Shown piece after piece: positions 9,657-20,128 of a stretch of 64,000 nt of DNA. The stretch covers positions 2,976,001 to 3,040,000 of the forward strand of contig CAXXLZ010000002.1 of assembly GCA_963675595.2 (NCBI GenBank), read 5' to 3'. The notes beneath the pieces were generated by a model. It was given only the letters and a program-made list of their open reading frames with translations, was not told where the DNA came from and searched no databases. Made by a program: the position numbers and the translations under genes. Each line of letters opens with the position of its first letter. The stretch's first letter is position 1. Source of the DNA: Thermodesulfobacteriota bacterium. GTDB taxonomy: Bacteria; Desulfobacterota; Desulfarculia; JACQYL01.

Positions 9657-10441
9657 GATATGCCTCCCGATGGGGCATCCGGGTCTTTGCCGTCCGTCAA
9701 ATCGGCATCGCCCAAATAAGCCTCAAGAACCTTTGGATGCGCCATGACGTCCTGGGGAACGCCGTCGGTGATTTTCTTTCCCAGATCCAGCACCACAAGT
9801 CTTTGGCAGACCCCGGTTACGGCCTGCATCACATGTTCCACCAGGATGAAGGAAACACCGGATGCATTCAGTGTCCTGAGCAGGTCCAGGGTCTCCGCGA
9901 CTTCGGAAGCCGATAATCCGGCCATGTTTTCGTCGAGGAGCAGCAGTCGGGCTCCGGTGGCGAGTGCGCGGGCGAGTTCCAGTCTCCTCCGGTGGAGCAC
10001 GGAGAGCGATGAGGGCGGAAGGAATGCTGCTGAAGTGAGGTGGACCCTCTCCAGTACGGTCCATGCCCGGTCTCTGCCCTTTTTCAACCCCAGTCCGCCG
10101 CCGTGAGTCGCCGCGACGAGAACGTTTTCCAACACGGTCAGGCTCTTTAGAGGTTCGAGGATTTGCGATGTTTTGGCTATGCCCGCGCGCACAATGCGGA
10201 AAGGAGGGAGGGCCGTGAGGTCCCTGTCACGGTAGAGAACCCGCCCTTTGTCGGGTTTCAGCTCTCCGGTAATGAGGTTGAACAGCGTGGTTTTCCCCGC
10301 TCCATTGGGACCGATAATCCCTAGGATTTCGCCTTTCCAAAGAGCAAAGGAAACGTCGTCCACTGCCCGAAGGGCACCGAAGGTTTTGGTGAGATTCCTG
10401 CATTCGAGCAGTTTGTCCTCATCCCATCCCGGAATTCTCAT
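9653..10441 (-). CDS. livG: Liv-type ABC transporter ATP-binding protein (LivG-like)
   Basis: GPNGAGKTT, LELARALA, LLLDE, VEH, V.EAYLG. Confidence 0.85.
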   Translation of the reverse strand: MRIPGWDEDKLLECRNLTKTFGALRAVDDVSFALWKGEILGIIGPNGAGKTTLFNLITGELKPDKGRVLYRDRDLTALPPFRIVRAGIAKTSQILEPLKSLTVLENVLVAATHGGGLGLKKGRDRAWTVLERVHLTSAAFLPPSSLSVLHRRRLELARALATGARLLLLDENMAGLSASEVAETLDLLRTLNASGVSFILVEHVMQAVTGVCQRLVVLDLGKKITDGVPQDVMAHPKVLEAYLGDADLTDGKDPDAPSGGIS

Positions 10442-11412
10442 GGCTTTCGGCCGCCTCTTCGTTTCGGGCCCGCCCCCGTCCTTCTCCTGATGTCACGGTA
10501 GGCTCCCATTAAGCCCTCCGGCAGGAGCATCACCACCAACACCACGATGGCGCCCACGAGAATCAGGTAGTACTCGACGAAGGTTTCGCCTAGAATCTCA
10601 GAAATAATGGTCAGAAAGGAGGCCCCCACCGCAGGTCCGGCGAGGGTACCCATTCCTCCCAGCAGGGTCATGATGACCATTTGGACGGTCTTATGGACGT
10701 GGAATACGTCCGCCGGGGTGATGTAACTGATCCAGTACGCTTCAATTCCTCCGAAAATGCTCAAAAATCCCGCGCTCGTCAAATAGGCTCCCAATTTGAC
10801 TGCGAAGGTGTTCACCCCCAGGGATTGCGCCCCTTTTTCCGAATCCTTCACCGCCTTCAGACCATAGCCGAATCTGGAGCCTTCGATGTAAAGATGGGCC
10901 ACGGTCACCAGTGTCGTGACGGCCATGATCCAGTAGTAGAAGAAGGTATTATCGTGAGCCGTGAGCGGAAGGGTAATGCCGTGGCTGCCCTGGAAAAAGG
11001 ACACGCCGAAGGTTCTGTCGAATTCGAGGATGATTTGTTTCAGTGTTTCCGCAAAAGCGAAGGTCGCAATGGCAAAATAGGCTCCTTTGAGACGCAGTGT
11101 GACAGCGCCCATGGGCAGTGCCACGAGAACGCCCACAAAGGCGGAAAGGGCCAGGGCGGCGGGAAAGGCCCAGCCGTATTGAGACATGGAGATACCCGTT
11201 ATGTAGGCTCCTATGCCGAAATAGACCACGGGTCCGAAATCGATATAACCTGTGTAGCCGCTCATGAGATTCCAGCAGCCCGCCATACCGATCCATAAAA
11301 GGATGGCGGCGGAGAAACGCACCAAATAATCGGAATCGATGATGCATGGGAGAAGCGCGACAACGAGGAAGAATGCAAGCACCGGCCGGAGGACTTTCCG
11401 GGAAATTTCCAT
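10438..11412 (-). CDS. livM: Liv-type ABC transporter permease (LivM-like)
   Basis: WNLMSGYTGY, LRLKGAYFAIAT, LLGGMGT..GP; multiple TM helices. Confidence 0.85.
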   Translation of the reverse strand: MEISRKVLRPVLAFFLVVALLPCIIDSDYLVRFSAAILLWIGMAGCWNLMSGYTGYIDFGPVVYFGIGAYITGISMSQYGWAFPAALALSAFVGVLVALPMGAVTLRLKGAYFAIATFAFAETLKQIILEFDRTFGVSFFQGSHGITLPLTAHDNTFFYYWIMAVTTLVTVAHLYIEGSRFGYGLKAVKDSEKGAQSLGVNTFAVKLGAYLTSAGFLSIFGGIEAYWISYITPADVFHVHKTVQMVIMTLLGGMGTLAGPAVGASFLTIISEILGETFVEYYLILVGAIVVLVVMLLPEGLMGAYRDIRRRTGAGPKRRGGRKP

Positions 11413-11428
11413 GGTCGCCTCTCTGGAA

Positions 11429-12301
11429 TCAGGCCGCCAAGCCCCTGCCCAAGACGCCTTTCGGCCTGACAAGGAGCATTACGAATAGAATGAAGAAACT
11501 CATGGCCATGGAAATGCCTGCGGTGGCATAGGTGGTGGCCAGCGATTGTGTGACGCCCAAGATCAGCCCGCCACACAGCACGCCGGGCATATATCCCATC
11601 CCTCCAAGAACCACCACACAGAAAGCGGTTATGGTGTACTCCAAACCCATCTCGGGATAGATGACGGTGATCGGACTGAGAGAGGCGCCCGCTAGACCCG
11701 TGGCGGCCGCGCCGATCCCGAAGGTAAGAGCATAGATGTGGTGTATGGGAACTCCCATGAGACGGGCCGTCTCTTTGTCCATGGCGGTGGCTTTGATGGC
11801 CCTTCCGTTCTCCGTATGATTCAAATAGAACCAGAGCGCGGCCACCACGGCCAGAGCCAATCCAAAGGTCACCAAGCGTGCCGAGGGCAATGTCAGACCC
11901 ATCAGGGAGATGTTGGATCCGGAATAGGCGGTGGTTACGGTGCGGAAATCATGTGTCCAGAGTTTGACCGCGGTGTTGGCCACAATGAGGTGAATTCCAA
12001 AGGTGAGAAGATAGCTCATGATATGGGGACGTCCCATCATTCGGTTGATGAGTAGACGCTGAACGAGGTAACCGAACGCGAAAAGAAGCGTCGCGGAGAG
12101 AGGCAGGCAGAGATAAGGGTCCAATCCGTAAAGTTCGAACATCCAATAGGAAGCAAAAGCGCCCAACATGACCATCTCACCATGGGCGAGGTTTACGACG
12201 CCCATGACGCCGAATACCAAAGAAAACCCTGCGGAATAAGCCGCGTAGAGTCCTCCAAGGAGCACCCCGTTTATTATGGCCTGAAGGAGTACGATGTCCA
12301 T
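11429..12301 (-). CDS. livH: Liv-type ABC transporter permease (LivH-like)
   Basis: GFSLVFGVMGVVNLAHGE, VVVLGGMG, RPKG. Confidence 0.85.
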   Translation of the reverse strand: MDIVLLQAIINGVLLGGLYAAYSAGFSLVFGVMGVVNLAHGEMVMLGAFASYWMFELYGLDPYLCLPLSATLLFAFGYLVQRLLINRMMGRPHIMSYLLTFGIHLIVANTAVKLWTHDFRTVTTAYSGSNISLMGLTLPSARLVTFGLALAVVAALWFYLNHTENGRAIKATAMDKETARLMGVPIHHIYALTFGIGAAATGLAGASLSPITVIYPEMGLEYTITAFCVVVLGGMGYMPGVLCGGLILGVTQSLATTYATAGISMAMSFFILFVMLLVRPKGVLGRGLAA

Positions 12302-12422
12302 GGTGCGAGATTCTCCGCGAATGGAGCGAACGGCTCAGGCCCCGGCCGTGAGCGGTTCTTAGGAGCCCGCCCTATTCCGGACTGGGACCCTCCGGAATAG
12401 GGTGTCGGCGGACAAGGAAAGC

Positions 12423-13640
12423 TCAGCGCTCCTTCCAGGGCTTGAAAGGATAGCGCAATGGCGCCTCGGCGTATTCGAGGGGGAACACATTCCGCAGCTT
12501 GCCGTCCTGAATCTGAACCGCGACGGGTGGGTGGTCGACGTTGGCTCCATCCTTGCCGAAATGAACGGGGCCGTAGGCAGTGTCGAATGGGCGCGAGTGC
12601 AGCAGTTCCATCAATTTCCCGCGATCCTCTGAAGTCAAAGGCGGTTTCAGCCCCAGCTCCTGCAAGGCCTTTTGCTGGGCCACGGCCCCTCCGGCGGAGG
12701 CGGCTTCCACGTAGTCCGGAAACCTGTCGAATCGATCGTGGTAGGCCCGATTGAAGTCGGCTGCGCTTCCGAAAACCGATCCTTCATAGGGCATGTTCGG
12801 CGTCCACTCGGATGCGGCGACCACATATTCCGCGTCCCCTTTCAACTCCTGGGCAAACTGGGGCACGGTAGGGCCGTAACTGAAGGCGAGGGCCTTGGGA
12901 CTGAAGTCGATCTCCTTCAAGGACTTTACCGTAGTCATGGCCACCAGGAGATGGGAGCCCACCAACAGGATGTCGGGATTCTTGGCTTTCACTTTGAGAA
13001 ACAGCGAATTGTAGTCCCTGAGCTTCATGGGGAACAGCTCATAGTGGACCACCTCAATGCCGTTCTTCTCGCAATAGGCTTTAAAGCCTTCGCAGGCCAG
13101 CGAGGTGAACAGGATATCGGCCCCCACGATGGCGGCCGTTTTGGGTTTTGGATCCAGGGAGGCCATGAGCTCTACACACCCGCGTACTTCTTCGGTTGCG
13201 CGTCCAAGTGTCGAAAAGTAGTACTTGAACCCCCTTTCGAACAGTTTGTTGGAGCTTGCGGCACCACTGATCAGGGGGTATCCGTGTTTTTCCGCAACGG
13301 CGCTCGCCGCGAACACCAGGCTACTACCGAAACCGCCAAGCAAGAGATCAACGCGGTCGCTGAGTATCAATTTCTCCACCATTTTGGCGCTGACGGCCGG
13401 ATCGCTCTTGTCATCGTAAAAAACGAGCTCGACGGAATGCCCATTGATGCCGCCTTTCCCGTTCACGGTCTCCATCCACAGGACATAGGCATCTCTTACA
13501 AGATGACCATCCTTGCCGAAGGTGCCGGTAAGAGGCAGCGCAACGCCGATCTTGAATGGAGTATCGGCGAATGCGCAGGGAATAAAAGTTAAGAGACAGA
13601 AGATGGCCAGAACGCCCATCAGGATCGATTTCGCTTTCAT
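12423..13640 (-). CDS. Liv-family ABC transporter substrate-binding protein
   Basis: Signal peptide (MKAKSIL...AFA); KIGVALPLTG, NGKGGING, DDKSD. AGGAG RBS. Confidence 0.85.
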   Translation of the reverse strand: MKAKSILMGVLAIFCLLTFIPCAFADTPFKIGVALPLTGTFGKDGHLVRDAYVLWMETVNGKGGINGHSVELVFYDDKSDPAVSAKMVEKLILSDRVDLLLGGFGSSLVFAASAVAEKHGYPLISGAASSNKLFERGFKYYFSTLGRATEEVRGCVELMASLDPKPKTAAIVGADILFTSLACEGFKAYCEKNGIEVVHYELFPMKLRDYNSLFLKVKAKNPDILLVGSHLLVAMTTVKSLKEIDFSPKALAFSYGPTVPQFAQELKGDAEYVVAASEWTPNMPYEGSVFGSAADFNRAYHDRFDRFPDYVEAASAGGAVAQQKALQELGLKPPLTSEDRGKLMELLHSRPFDTAYGPVHFGKDGANVDHPPVAVQIQDGKLRNVFPLEYAEAPLRYPFKPWKER

Positions 13641-13911
13641 GTCGCGATCTCCTATGGTCTCCGCGTTCCACTGTTTCCAGGGATCGGTGGAGGTGTTGGA
13701 TACCGGCTCGAACTGCTTGTTGTCGGGAGGATTTGAAGAATAGTCAATGCGCTCCACGGGTGTCAACGAGGTTCGCTTTGATCATCAGCCGAGGGAGCGC
13801 TCTTTCGTAATGGTCACTCGGGTGCGTTGAAGGCCGCAAGCGAGAAGGCAAATGGAAGGGCGGGCGACGGGTAGGCGTGTGCGCCTGTTTAACCTTGACG
13901 GGCTGCGGGAT

Positions 13912-14256
13912 TCAGGGACTTGGCCCGTGCGGGCGAGGCCGGCATTCAAATGTCCTTATTGCCGACTCAAAAGCATCGCACAGCCGTAGAAAAATCTCTT
14001 GCATCCCGTCAAGTCTGTTCTCGCGAGCGCACTTCTCGATCTGTTGGGCGGGCAGTCTGATCTCTTCGAAATCTAAATTCGCAGCCGCTCCCTTTAAGGA
14101 ATGGGCGGCTTCGGCCGCAGCCTCGGAATCCCCCCCCGCAATCGCCTTGTCCAGTTGGTTCAGGTCCGTCCGCCCGGCCTGGACGAATAGATCGAACAGC
14201 TCCCGGAATTCATTTTCTTCGAGTCCCAGGCTTTCCGCCCACCGACCTGCATCCAA
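13912..14256 (-). CDS. Stand-alone histidine phosphotransfer (Hpt) protein
   Basis: AHSLKGAAANL Hpt motif. Confidence 0.85.
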   Translation of the reverse strand: MDAGRWAESLGLEENEFRELFDLFVQAGRTDLNQLDKAIAGGDSEAAAEAAHSLKGAAANLDFEEIRLPAQQIEKCARENRLDGMQEIFLRLCDAFESAIRTFECRPRPHGPSP

Positions 14257-14291
14257 GGCTCATACTCCGAACGTTCTATGTAGTGGATCCG

Positions 14292-14966
14292 TCACCGGCA
14301 CGGCTCGAGGATCCGTTCACCCAATTCGTAAAGAGCGTTTTCCGCCCAAAGAAACGGCATTTCGCTCATGGTGCATCGAACAAGGTAGGCCTTTTTTTCC
14401 CTGATCTGCACAATGACTCCGGTCATTTTCTCGCGCTCTTTGTAGACGCTCCCGTACCATTGCACACAATCACCCTCGGCAAAGCGCCTGGGAGCCTCTT
14501 CCGGAATGGGCGGCCTTCGAGAAAGCTCCTCCTCCAGCTCCCGTATCTTCTTCTCCCCTTTTTTCACCGCGGTCTGCAATTCCCCGACTCTCGTTTCCAG
14601 AACCTCTTTGGTGGCCGCAATGGTCTGGTATCGCTGGAGGTTTCTTTCCATTTCCTGCACATAAAGAGCTCTTCGGGTAATTTGGTCCTTCAACTCGGCA
14701 TTTTCGGTTTCAAGAGGGATCAATCGGGTCTTCAAGCTCGAAATTTGCGTTTCGAGTTCCTGTATCTTGGCTTTGAGCTGCTCATTCTCTGCTTTGAGGT
14801 CTCTAGCCTCTTTGATGAGCGGAATTTTTTCCAGGAACTCCTGGGCGGTGACGGACACGGGGACTAGGGCGCACACCGCGAGGACAATTATGAACAGGGC
14901 GGCCGCCGGAAGGGATTTTCCCGAATTGCCCGTTGGGGCGGGCGTGTATTGATGTACTAATCGCAT
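14292..14966 (-). CDS. Hypothetical exported coiled-coil protein (start uncertain)
   Basis: Hydrophobic signal-like segment, a long heptad-rich stretch and a small C-terminal beta domain. Confidence 0.55.
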   Translation of the reverse strand: MRLVHQYTPAPTGNSGKSLPAAALFIIVLAVCALVPVSVTAQEFLEKIPLIKEARDLKAENEQLKAKIQELETQISSLKTRLIPLETENAELKDQITRRALYVQEMERNLQRYQTIAATKEVLETRVGELQTAVKKGEKKIRELEEELSRRPPIPEEAPRRFAEGDCVQWYGSVYKEREKMTGVIVQIREKKAYLVRCTMSEMPFLWAENALYELGERILEPCR

Positions 14967-17187
14967 CTGGAAAATCCACAGGAACGGCAAACCAGGCAGC
15001 CGCCTTCATGCTCGACGACGCCCCCGCAGTCGGGACAGGCACCCATGGTTTGTTCTTTGGTCACAATGGGTTCGCCGATGGCTTCATTGATCACCTGGGC
15101 GACGGCATCGGAGCACGACAAGACCATGCGGCCGTTGTGCCATGCGGGGCTGGGACATCGAATGCCTCGCAACTGGCGGACCACTGAACGCACGTCCACC
15201 CCCGAGCGCAGGGCGAGGCTGATGAGCCGACCGGCCATCTCGATCTGGGACGCGGCGCACCCTCCGGTCTTTCCCATCTGGGCGAAGACTTCGCAGAACC
15301 CCCCCTCGTCCGAGTTGATGGTGACATAGAGTTTCCCACAACCGGTACCGATCCTTTCGGTGAATCCCGTTGTCCTGGCGGGCCGAGGCCTGGGAGCGAT
15401 GACCGGGTGCATGTCGCCCGCGGCACTCTTGGATGCGGGAGGCTGCTCTGATTTTGCGGAAAGGTTCAACACCTGTTCGGTACGACTCCCGTAACGATAA
15501 ATGGTGATCCCCTTGCAGCCGGAATGGAACGCATGGAGATAGGCGGCTTTGACGTCCTCCACCGTAGCTTCGCCATGAAAATTAATCGTCTTGGATACGG
15601 CGTTATCGGTATGCTCCTGAAAAGCACCCTGAATCTTGACGTGTGTATCGTAGGGCACATCATGCGCCGTGAGAAAGATTCCTTTCACCTCATCAGGAAT
15701 TCCATCGATCTGTTGAATTCCTCCGTGGAGCGTCACGAGCTCCATGAGGGAATCGGAAAAAAAATCCTGCTTTTTCGCCGCCTCAAGAAATTGTGGGTGC
15801 ACCTCTCTGAGTTCATTTCCATCGAGCACTTTCCTGCTGAACGAGACGGCGAACAGCGGTTCGATACCACTTGAGGTGCCGGCGATGATGCTGAGGGTGC
15901 CTGTGGGAGCAATGGTGGTGGTGGTGGCGTTTCGCATGTGGGGAGTACGATCGGAGTCGTATACGGATCCCGCGTAGGCCGGAAAATTTCCCCTCTTTTT
16001 CGCAAGTTCCGCGGAAGCGGATTTGGACTCCGCCTGAATAAAGCGCATCAGAGTCCTTCCGGTATCCACGGCTGTGTCGGAATCATACGGATACCCAGCT
16101 TGATCAGGAGATCGGCGAATCCCATGACACCCAGACCGATCTTTCGATTTCGGAGTGTCAGGTCCCGGATTTGCGGCAGAGGATACTTGTTGATGTCGAT
16201 CACATTGTCGAGAAAGTGTACCGCCTTGTGGACGCATGCCTTGAGCTTTGGATAGTCGATTTCGGCGGCTTGGTCGGTACCGCTCACCATTACCGAAAGA
16301 TTGATGGAGCCCAGATTGCAGCTCTCGTAAGGCAGAAGAGGCTGTTCACCGCAGGGATTGGTGGACTCGAAAGATCCCTGGTTGGGCGTCGGGTTCGAGC
16401 GGTTCATGGCGTCGAGAAAAATCAAACCCGGATCGCCGTTGTTCCAGGCGGAGCTCACGATTCGATCAAACAACTTACCTGCGGATAGGGTGCGTGTGAC
16501 CTCTCCGGTCCTCGGGTTGATGAGAGGGAAGTCTTCATTGGCTTCAGCCGCAGCCATGAAGTGATCGGTGGCGGCAACGGACAGGTTGAAGTTGGTGAGC
16601 TTCTTGCCGTTTTGCTTGCAGGTGATGAATTCTTCAATGTCCGGGTGATCCACCCTGAGTATGCCCATGTTGGCGCCTCGCCGCGTTCCTCCCTGCTTAA
16701 TGGCCTCGGTGGCGGCGTCGAACACGTTCATGAAGGAAATAGGACCGCTGGAAACCCCGTGTGTCGAGCGCACGACGTCGTTCCGCGGCCTCAATCGTGA
16801 GAAGGAAAATCCTGTTCCTCCGCCGGTTTTGTGAATGATCGCGGTGTACTTGATGGCGTCGAAGATGCTCTCCATGGAATCTTCCACCGGAAGCACGAAG
16901 CAGGCGGAAAGTTGCCCGAGTTCCCGACCGGCGTTCATCAACGTGGGGGAGTTGGGTAGAAACTCCAACCGCATCATCATTTCCTGGAATGCGGCGGCTA
17001 CGGCCTCGACGGGTTTGCCGGGCTCATACAGGCGATCGGCTTGAGCTACGGCCTCGGCCACCCGCTGGAACATGATCTCCGGCGTTTCGAGCGGTTTACC
17101 GGCGTCGTCCTTCCGTAGATAGCGCTTTTCAAGAACCGTCCTGGCATTGTCCGTAAGCATAAGTTTGCACTCACACATCAGGTGCAC
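14957..17187 (-). pseudogene. nrdJ: Class II (adenosylcobalamin-dependent) ribonucleotide reductase, split by a single-base frameshift near 16089
   Basis: N-half 16048..17187 ([44 protein letters not shown]). C-half 14957..16237 (IAPTGT, SGIEP, DNAVSKTIN, KGITIYR, C-terminal Cys/Zn ribbon). One extra C joins LGI-PYDS. Confidence 0.85.
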
Positions 17188-17833
17188 TCTGCGCGACCGC
17201 CTCGCGCTCCAATGAAAGTAAACGGGCCTTCACGTCCAGCCCTGAGCCGAAACCGACCAGTCGCCCATCCTTGCCGATGATGCGGTGACAGGGGACCACG
17301 ATGGGAACAGGGTTCACGTGAAGGGCTCCCCCAATGGCGCGGGCCGCCCGCGGTCGTCCCAACTCCGCCGCGAGATCGGCGTAGGAACAGGTCCGACCGT
17401 AAGGGATATTGCGTGCAGCCTCCCACACCGCTAATTGAAACGCTGTGCCGGTGATGTCCAGTGGGAGGTCGAACTCGCGCAGTTCGCCTTGGGCGTAGCC
17501 GAAGATTTGCTCCTGCGCACGCTCCAGCAAACGGAGCACCTGCGGAGACGCCTCGGTTTCTTCATCACAAGGCTGTGCGTCGATTTGCCTTGCACCGAGC
17601 AGAACCTTTGCGATTCCCCTGTCCGTGGCGATGATCTTGATCCGAGCAAGGGGCGATTCAAACGAAATCGAGTGCAGAGACACTTGCAGTTCCTTTCGCC
17701 GGCGTGGTCCGGTCAATATGGGTTCCCGAAGGTCCTGGAACGTTGCACACACCCGGGAAGTTTGAATGTTAGTTTGTTCGGACGGTCCTTTCAAGTACCG
17801 AGCAACGGAAGCTGAAATAGACCGAGTGCTCAC
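17171..17833 (-). CDS. ogt: Methylated-DNA-protein-cysteine methyltransferase (true start probably downstream)
   Basis: [32 protein letters not shown]. Confidence 0.9.
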   Translation of the reverse strand: MSTRSISASVARYLKGPSEQTNIQTSRVCATFQDLREPILTGPRRRKELQVSLHSISFESPLARIKIIATDRGIAKVLLGARQIDAQPCDEETEASPQVLRLLERAQEQIFGYAQGELREFDLPLDITGTAFQLAVWEAARNIPYGRTCSYADLAAELGRPRAARAIGGALHVNPVPIVVPCHRIIGKDGRLVGFGSGLDVKARLLSLEREAVAQSAPDV

Positions 17834-18015
17834 ACTTCCAGGTCATTTTCGAGTTCCGTGATGGCCTGTTGGATTTCCCGGCGCTCCTCCGGGTTCAGAT
17901 CGGTTCCCGCCAGTCTCTTCCTTAACTGCATGAGGCGCATGGCTTTCCCATATTCCGCACATCCGCCTCTTCGTCGTCTTTCGACGTCCCCGGGTGGGGT
18001 TCTCGTTGATTTCAC
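17830..18015 (-). CDS. Small hypothetical protein (about 61 aa)
   Basis: GTG start overlaps the ttcA stop (GTGA). Helical C-terminus RLMQLRKRL...[19 protein letters not shown]. Confidence 0.5.
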   Translation of the reverse strand: MKSTRTPPGDVERRRRGGCAEYGKAMRLMQLRKRLAGTDLNPEERREIQQAITELENDLEV

Positions 18016-18746
18016 GGTAAATACTCCGGATCCACATGTTGCAGGGCATGAAAGACGTTTCCGCGGATTTTCTTGTTTTCGGCATAGAGAGATCGAAGCA
18101 AATTTCTGACGAGAAGGCGTTTTGAGTTTTTCGCCGACGGGCACTGATTGGCGATCAAGGGCAATTTCCGGTGGGTTGCGAACCGGACCACCAAGTCGGA
18201 CGAGGTGAACGCGAGGGGTCTGATGATGGTCAGAAGCCCCTGGAACATGGGTTGAAAGGGCACCATGGTGCTCATGACCGCGCCGAAGAAGGTATTGAGG
18301 AAGAAGGTTTCGATGATGTCGTCCTGGTTGTGACCCAGCACCAGTTTGTTGCAGCGGTATTGTTCCGCGAGCTGGAAGAGTCGCTTTCTTCGAAGCCTCG
18401 AGCAGAAAAAGCAAGGATTCTTGTAGTTCTCTTCGGAATGAGCTCGAACCGCGTAATCGGTGGATTCAACCACATAGGAGTCAAAACCGTTCTCCTCGAA
18501 ATAGGCCTTCATGTGGGTTTGCGAGGGGGGATCGTATCCCATTTCCAGATAGACCGGGATAAGATCATAGGTGATGGGGATCCTGTGAAGCCTCTCTTGG
18601 AGGTACCACAGGGCGGTCATGCTGTCCTTTCCTCCGGACACGGCTACCAGAAGTCGGTCCCCTGAACTGATCATCGCGTAATGATGGATGGCCCTCCCCG
18701 CGCTGTTCTTGAGTCGGTTTTCTATGCTGCCCCGATTGGCGGCCAT
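18012..18746 (-). CDS. ttcA: tRNA 2-thiocytidine(32) synthetase TtcA family
   Basis: AVSGGKDS PP-loop, PCFFCSRLRR, LGHNQDD, IIRPL, CP. Confidence 0.85.
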   Translation of the reverse strand: MAANRGSIENRLKNSAGRAIHHYAMISSGDRLLVAVSGGKDSMTALWYLQERLHRIPITYDLIPVYLEMGYDPPSQTHMKAYFEENGFDSYVVESTDYAVRAHSEENYKNPCFFCSRLRRKRLFQLAEQYRCNKLVLGHNQDDIIETFFLNTFFGAVMSTMVPFQPMFQGLLTIIRPLAFTSSDLVVRFATHRKLPLIANQCPSAKNSKRLLVRNLLRSLYAENKKIRGNVFHALQHVDPEYLP

Positions 18747-18830
18747 GAGTGCATTCCACTTGAGGTTGGTTGACGGGCGGGCATGTGACATGGGGGTTCC
18801 GCTCACGCTATATGAGTTGCGAGGTTGCAC

Positions 18831-18846
18831 TGTTCCACGTGGAACA
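18831..18846. promoter_or_regulatory. parS: parS centromere site (within a 42-bp perfect palindrome 18818-18859)
   Basis: TGTTCCACGTGGAACA matches the bacterial parS consensus; parAB lies about 2.5-4.4 kb away. Confidence 0.9.
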
Positions 18847-18901
18847 GTGCAACCTCGCACCGGGAACCAGCTCTTCCTCCGTGCGCGCCGCTCGCGGCAT
18901 C

Positions 18902-19987
18902 TTAGGAAATCTTCATGGCCTCCACAATCGCCTCCGCCATTCTTTTTGTGCCTACAGCCGTGGGATCGTCCCGGTTTTGCTTGAAATCGTAGGTCACAAA
19001 TTTCCCTTCACGGATGACGTCCGCCAAGCCATTCTCCAGCTTGCGCGCGGCCTCCTTCTCATTGAGAAAATCCAGCATCAACACACTGCTCAAAATCAGA
19101 CCGCAAGGATTGGCTCGGTCCAGCCCGGCATACTTCGGAGCACTTCCGTGCGTCGCCTCAAAGATGGCCGTATCCTCACCGATGTTGGCGCCGGGTGCCA
19201 AACCGAGCCCTCCAACCAGACCAGCGCACAGGTCCGAAACAATATCACCGTACAAGTTGGGAAGTACGAGGACGTCAAACTCTTCGGGCCTCATCACAAG
19301 CTGCATGCAGAGGTTGTCCACGAGAATCTGATTGAATTCGATCTCCGGATACGCCCGTGCCGTGTCTTCTGCGGTAGCGGAAAAGAGACCATCCGTGAAT
19401 TTCATGATATTCGCTTTGTGCACCGCGGTGACCTTTTTTCTGCCGTTGCGGCGCGCATACTCGAAGGCGAACTTCACAATGCGCTCACTGCCCTCCCGGC
19501 TGATGACTTTTAAGCCGACGGCGGAGTCATCGGACACGTTCACCCCGGCTTCATCTTTCAGGCGTGCGCGCAGCCCTGCGGTGAAGGCGTCGTTTTGGTC
19601 GAATTCGATGCCTCGGTAGAGGTCCTCCATATTTTCTCGAACCACCACGATATCCACATTGTCATATCGGGTACGGGCGCCCTTAAATATTTTGCAGGGA
19701 CGAAGGCATGCATACAGTTTAAACATCTGCCTAAGGGTCACGTTCAGGCTTCGGAATCCCCGTCCGATGGGCGTGGTGATGGGGCCTTTGATCGCCACCC
19801 GGTTCTTCTCGATACTTTCGATGAGGTTTCCCGGAATGCCGGCGACATTACCCTCAGCGTCGCCCCATTCCACATTTACCTCGTCCCACTGAATATCGAC
19901 CCCTGTCGCGTCTACGCAAAGCTTCATCGCCTCCGTCAGCTCCGGACCGATCCCGTCGCCCGGAATACACGTTACCGTATGCCTCAA
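18902..19987 (-). CDS. Isocitrate/isopropylmalate dehydrogenase family protein (NAD-dependent IDH-like)
   Basis: IPGDGIGPE, KGPITTP, RSLNVTLR, VRENMEDLY, VHKANIMKFTDGLF, NLYGDIVSD, FEATHGSAPKYAG. TTG start after AAGGAG. Confidence 0.9.
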   Translation of the reverse strand: MRHTVTCIPGDGIGPELTEAMKLCVDATGVDIQWDEVNVEWGDAEGNVAGIPGNLIESIEKNRVAIKGPITTPIGRGFRSLNVTLRQMFKLYACLRPCKIFKGARTRYDNVDIVVVRENMEDLYRGIEFDQNDAFTAGLRARLKDEAGVNVSDDSAVGLKVISREGSERIVKFAFEYARRNGRKKVTAVHKANIMKFTDGLFSATAEDTARAYPEIEFNQILVDNLCMQLVMRPEEFDVLVLPNLYGDIVSDLCAGLVGGLGLAPGANIGEDTAIFEATHGSAPKYAGLDRANPCGLILSSVLMLDFLNEKEAARKLENGLADVIREGKFVTYDFKQNRDDPTAVGTKRMAEAIVEAMKIS

Positions 19988-20128
19988 AGTAAACTCCTTC
20001 CCGGTCCCAGCAGCTCTGACAACCAAGCCATGGATCGGGACCTCTTTGAATCTTTTGGGTTTAGCTCTAATGAATGCTATATTGGTCGGACCATGACCGC
20101 CCGGAGGTCAACCACCAGGGGGTGTGCC

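Noticed and set aside
16048-16237. Programmed frameshift, intein or natural NrdJa/NrdJb split
   Set aside because: No slippery site, no inserted sequence and no plausible restart; the break is within the catalytic domain.
17308-17325. Third parS-like site (GTTCACGTGAA) in ogt
   Set aside because: Outer TGT/ACA bases are missing and it lies within coding sequence.
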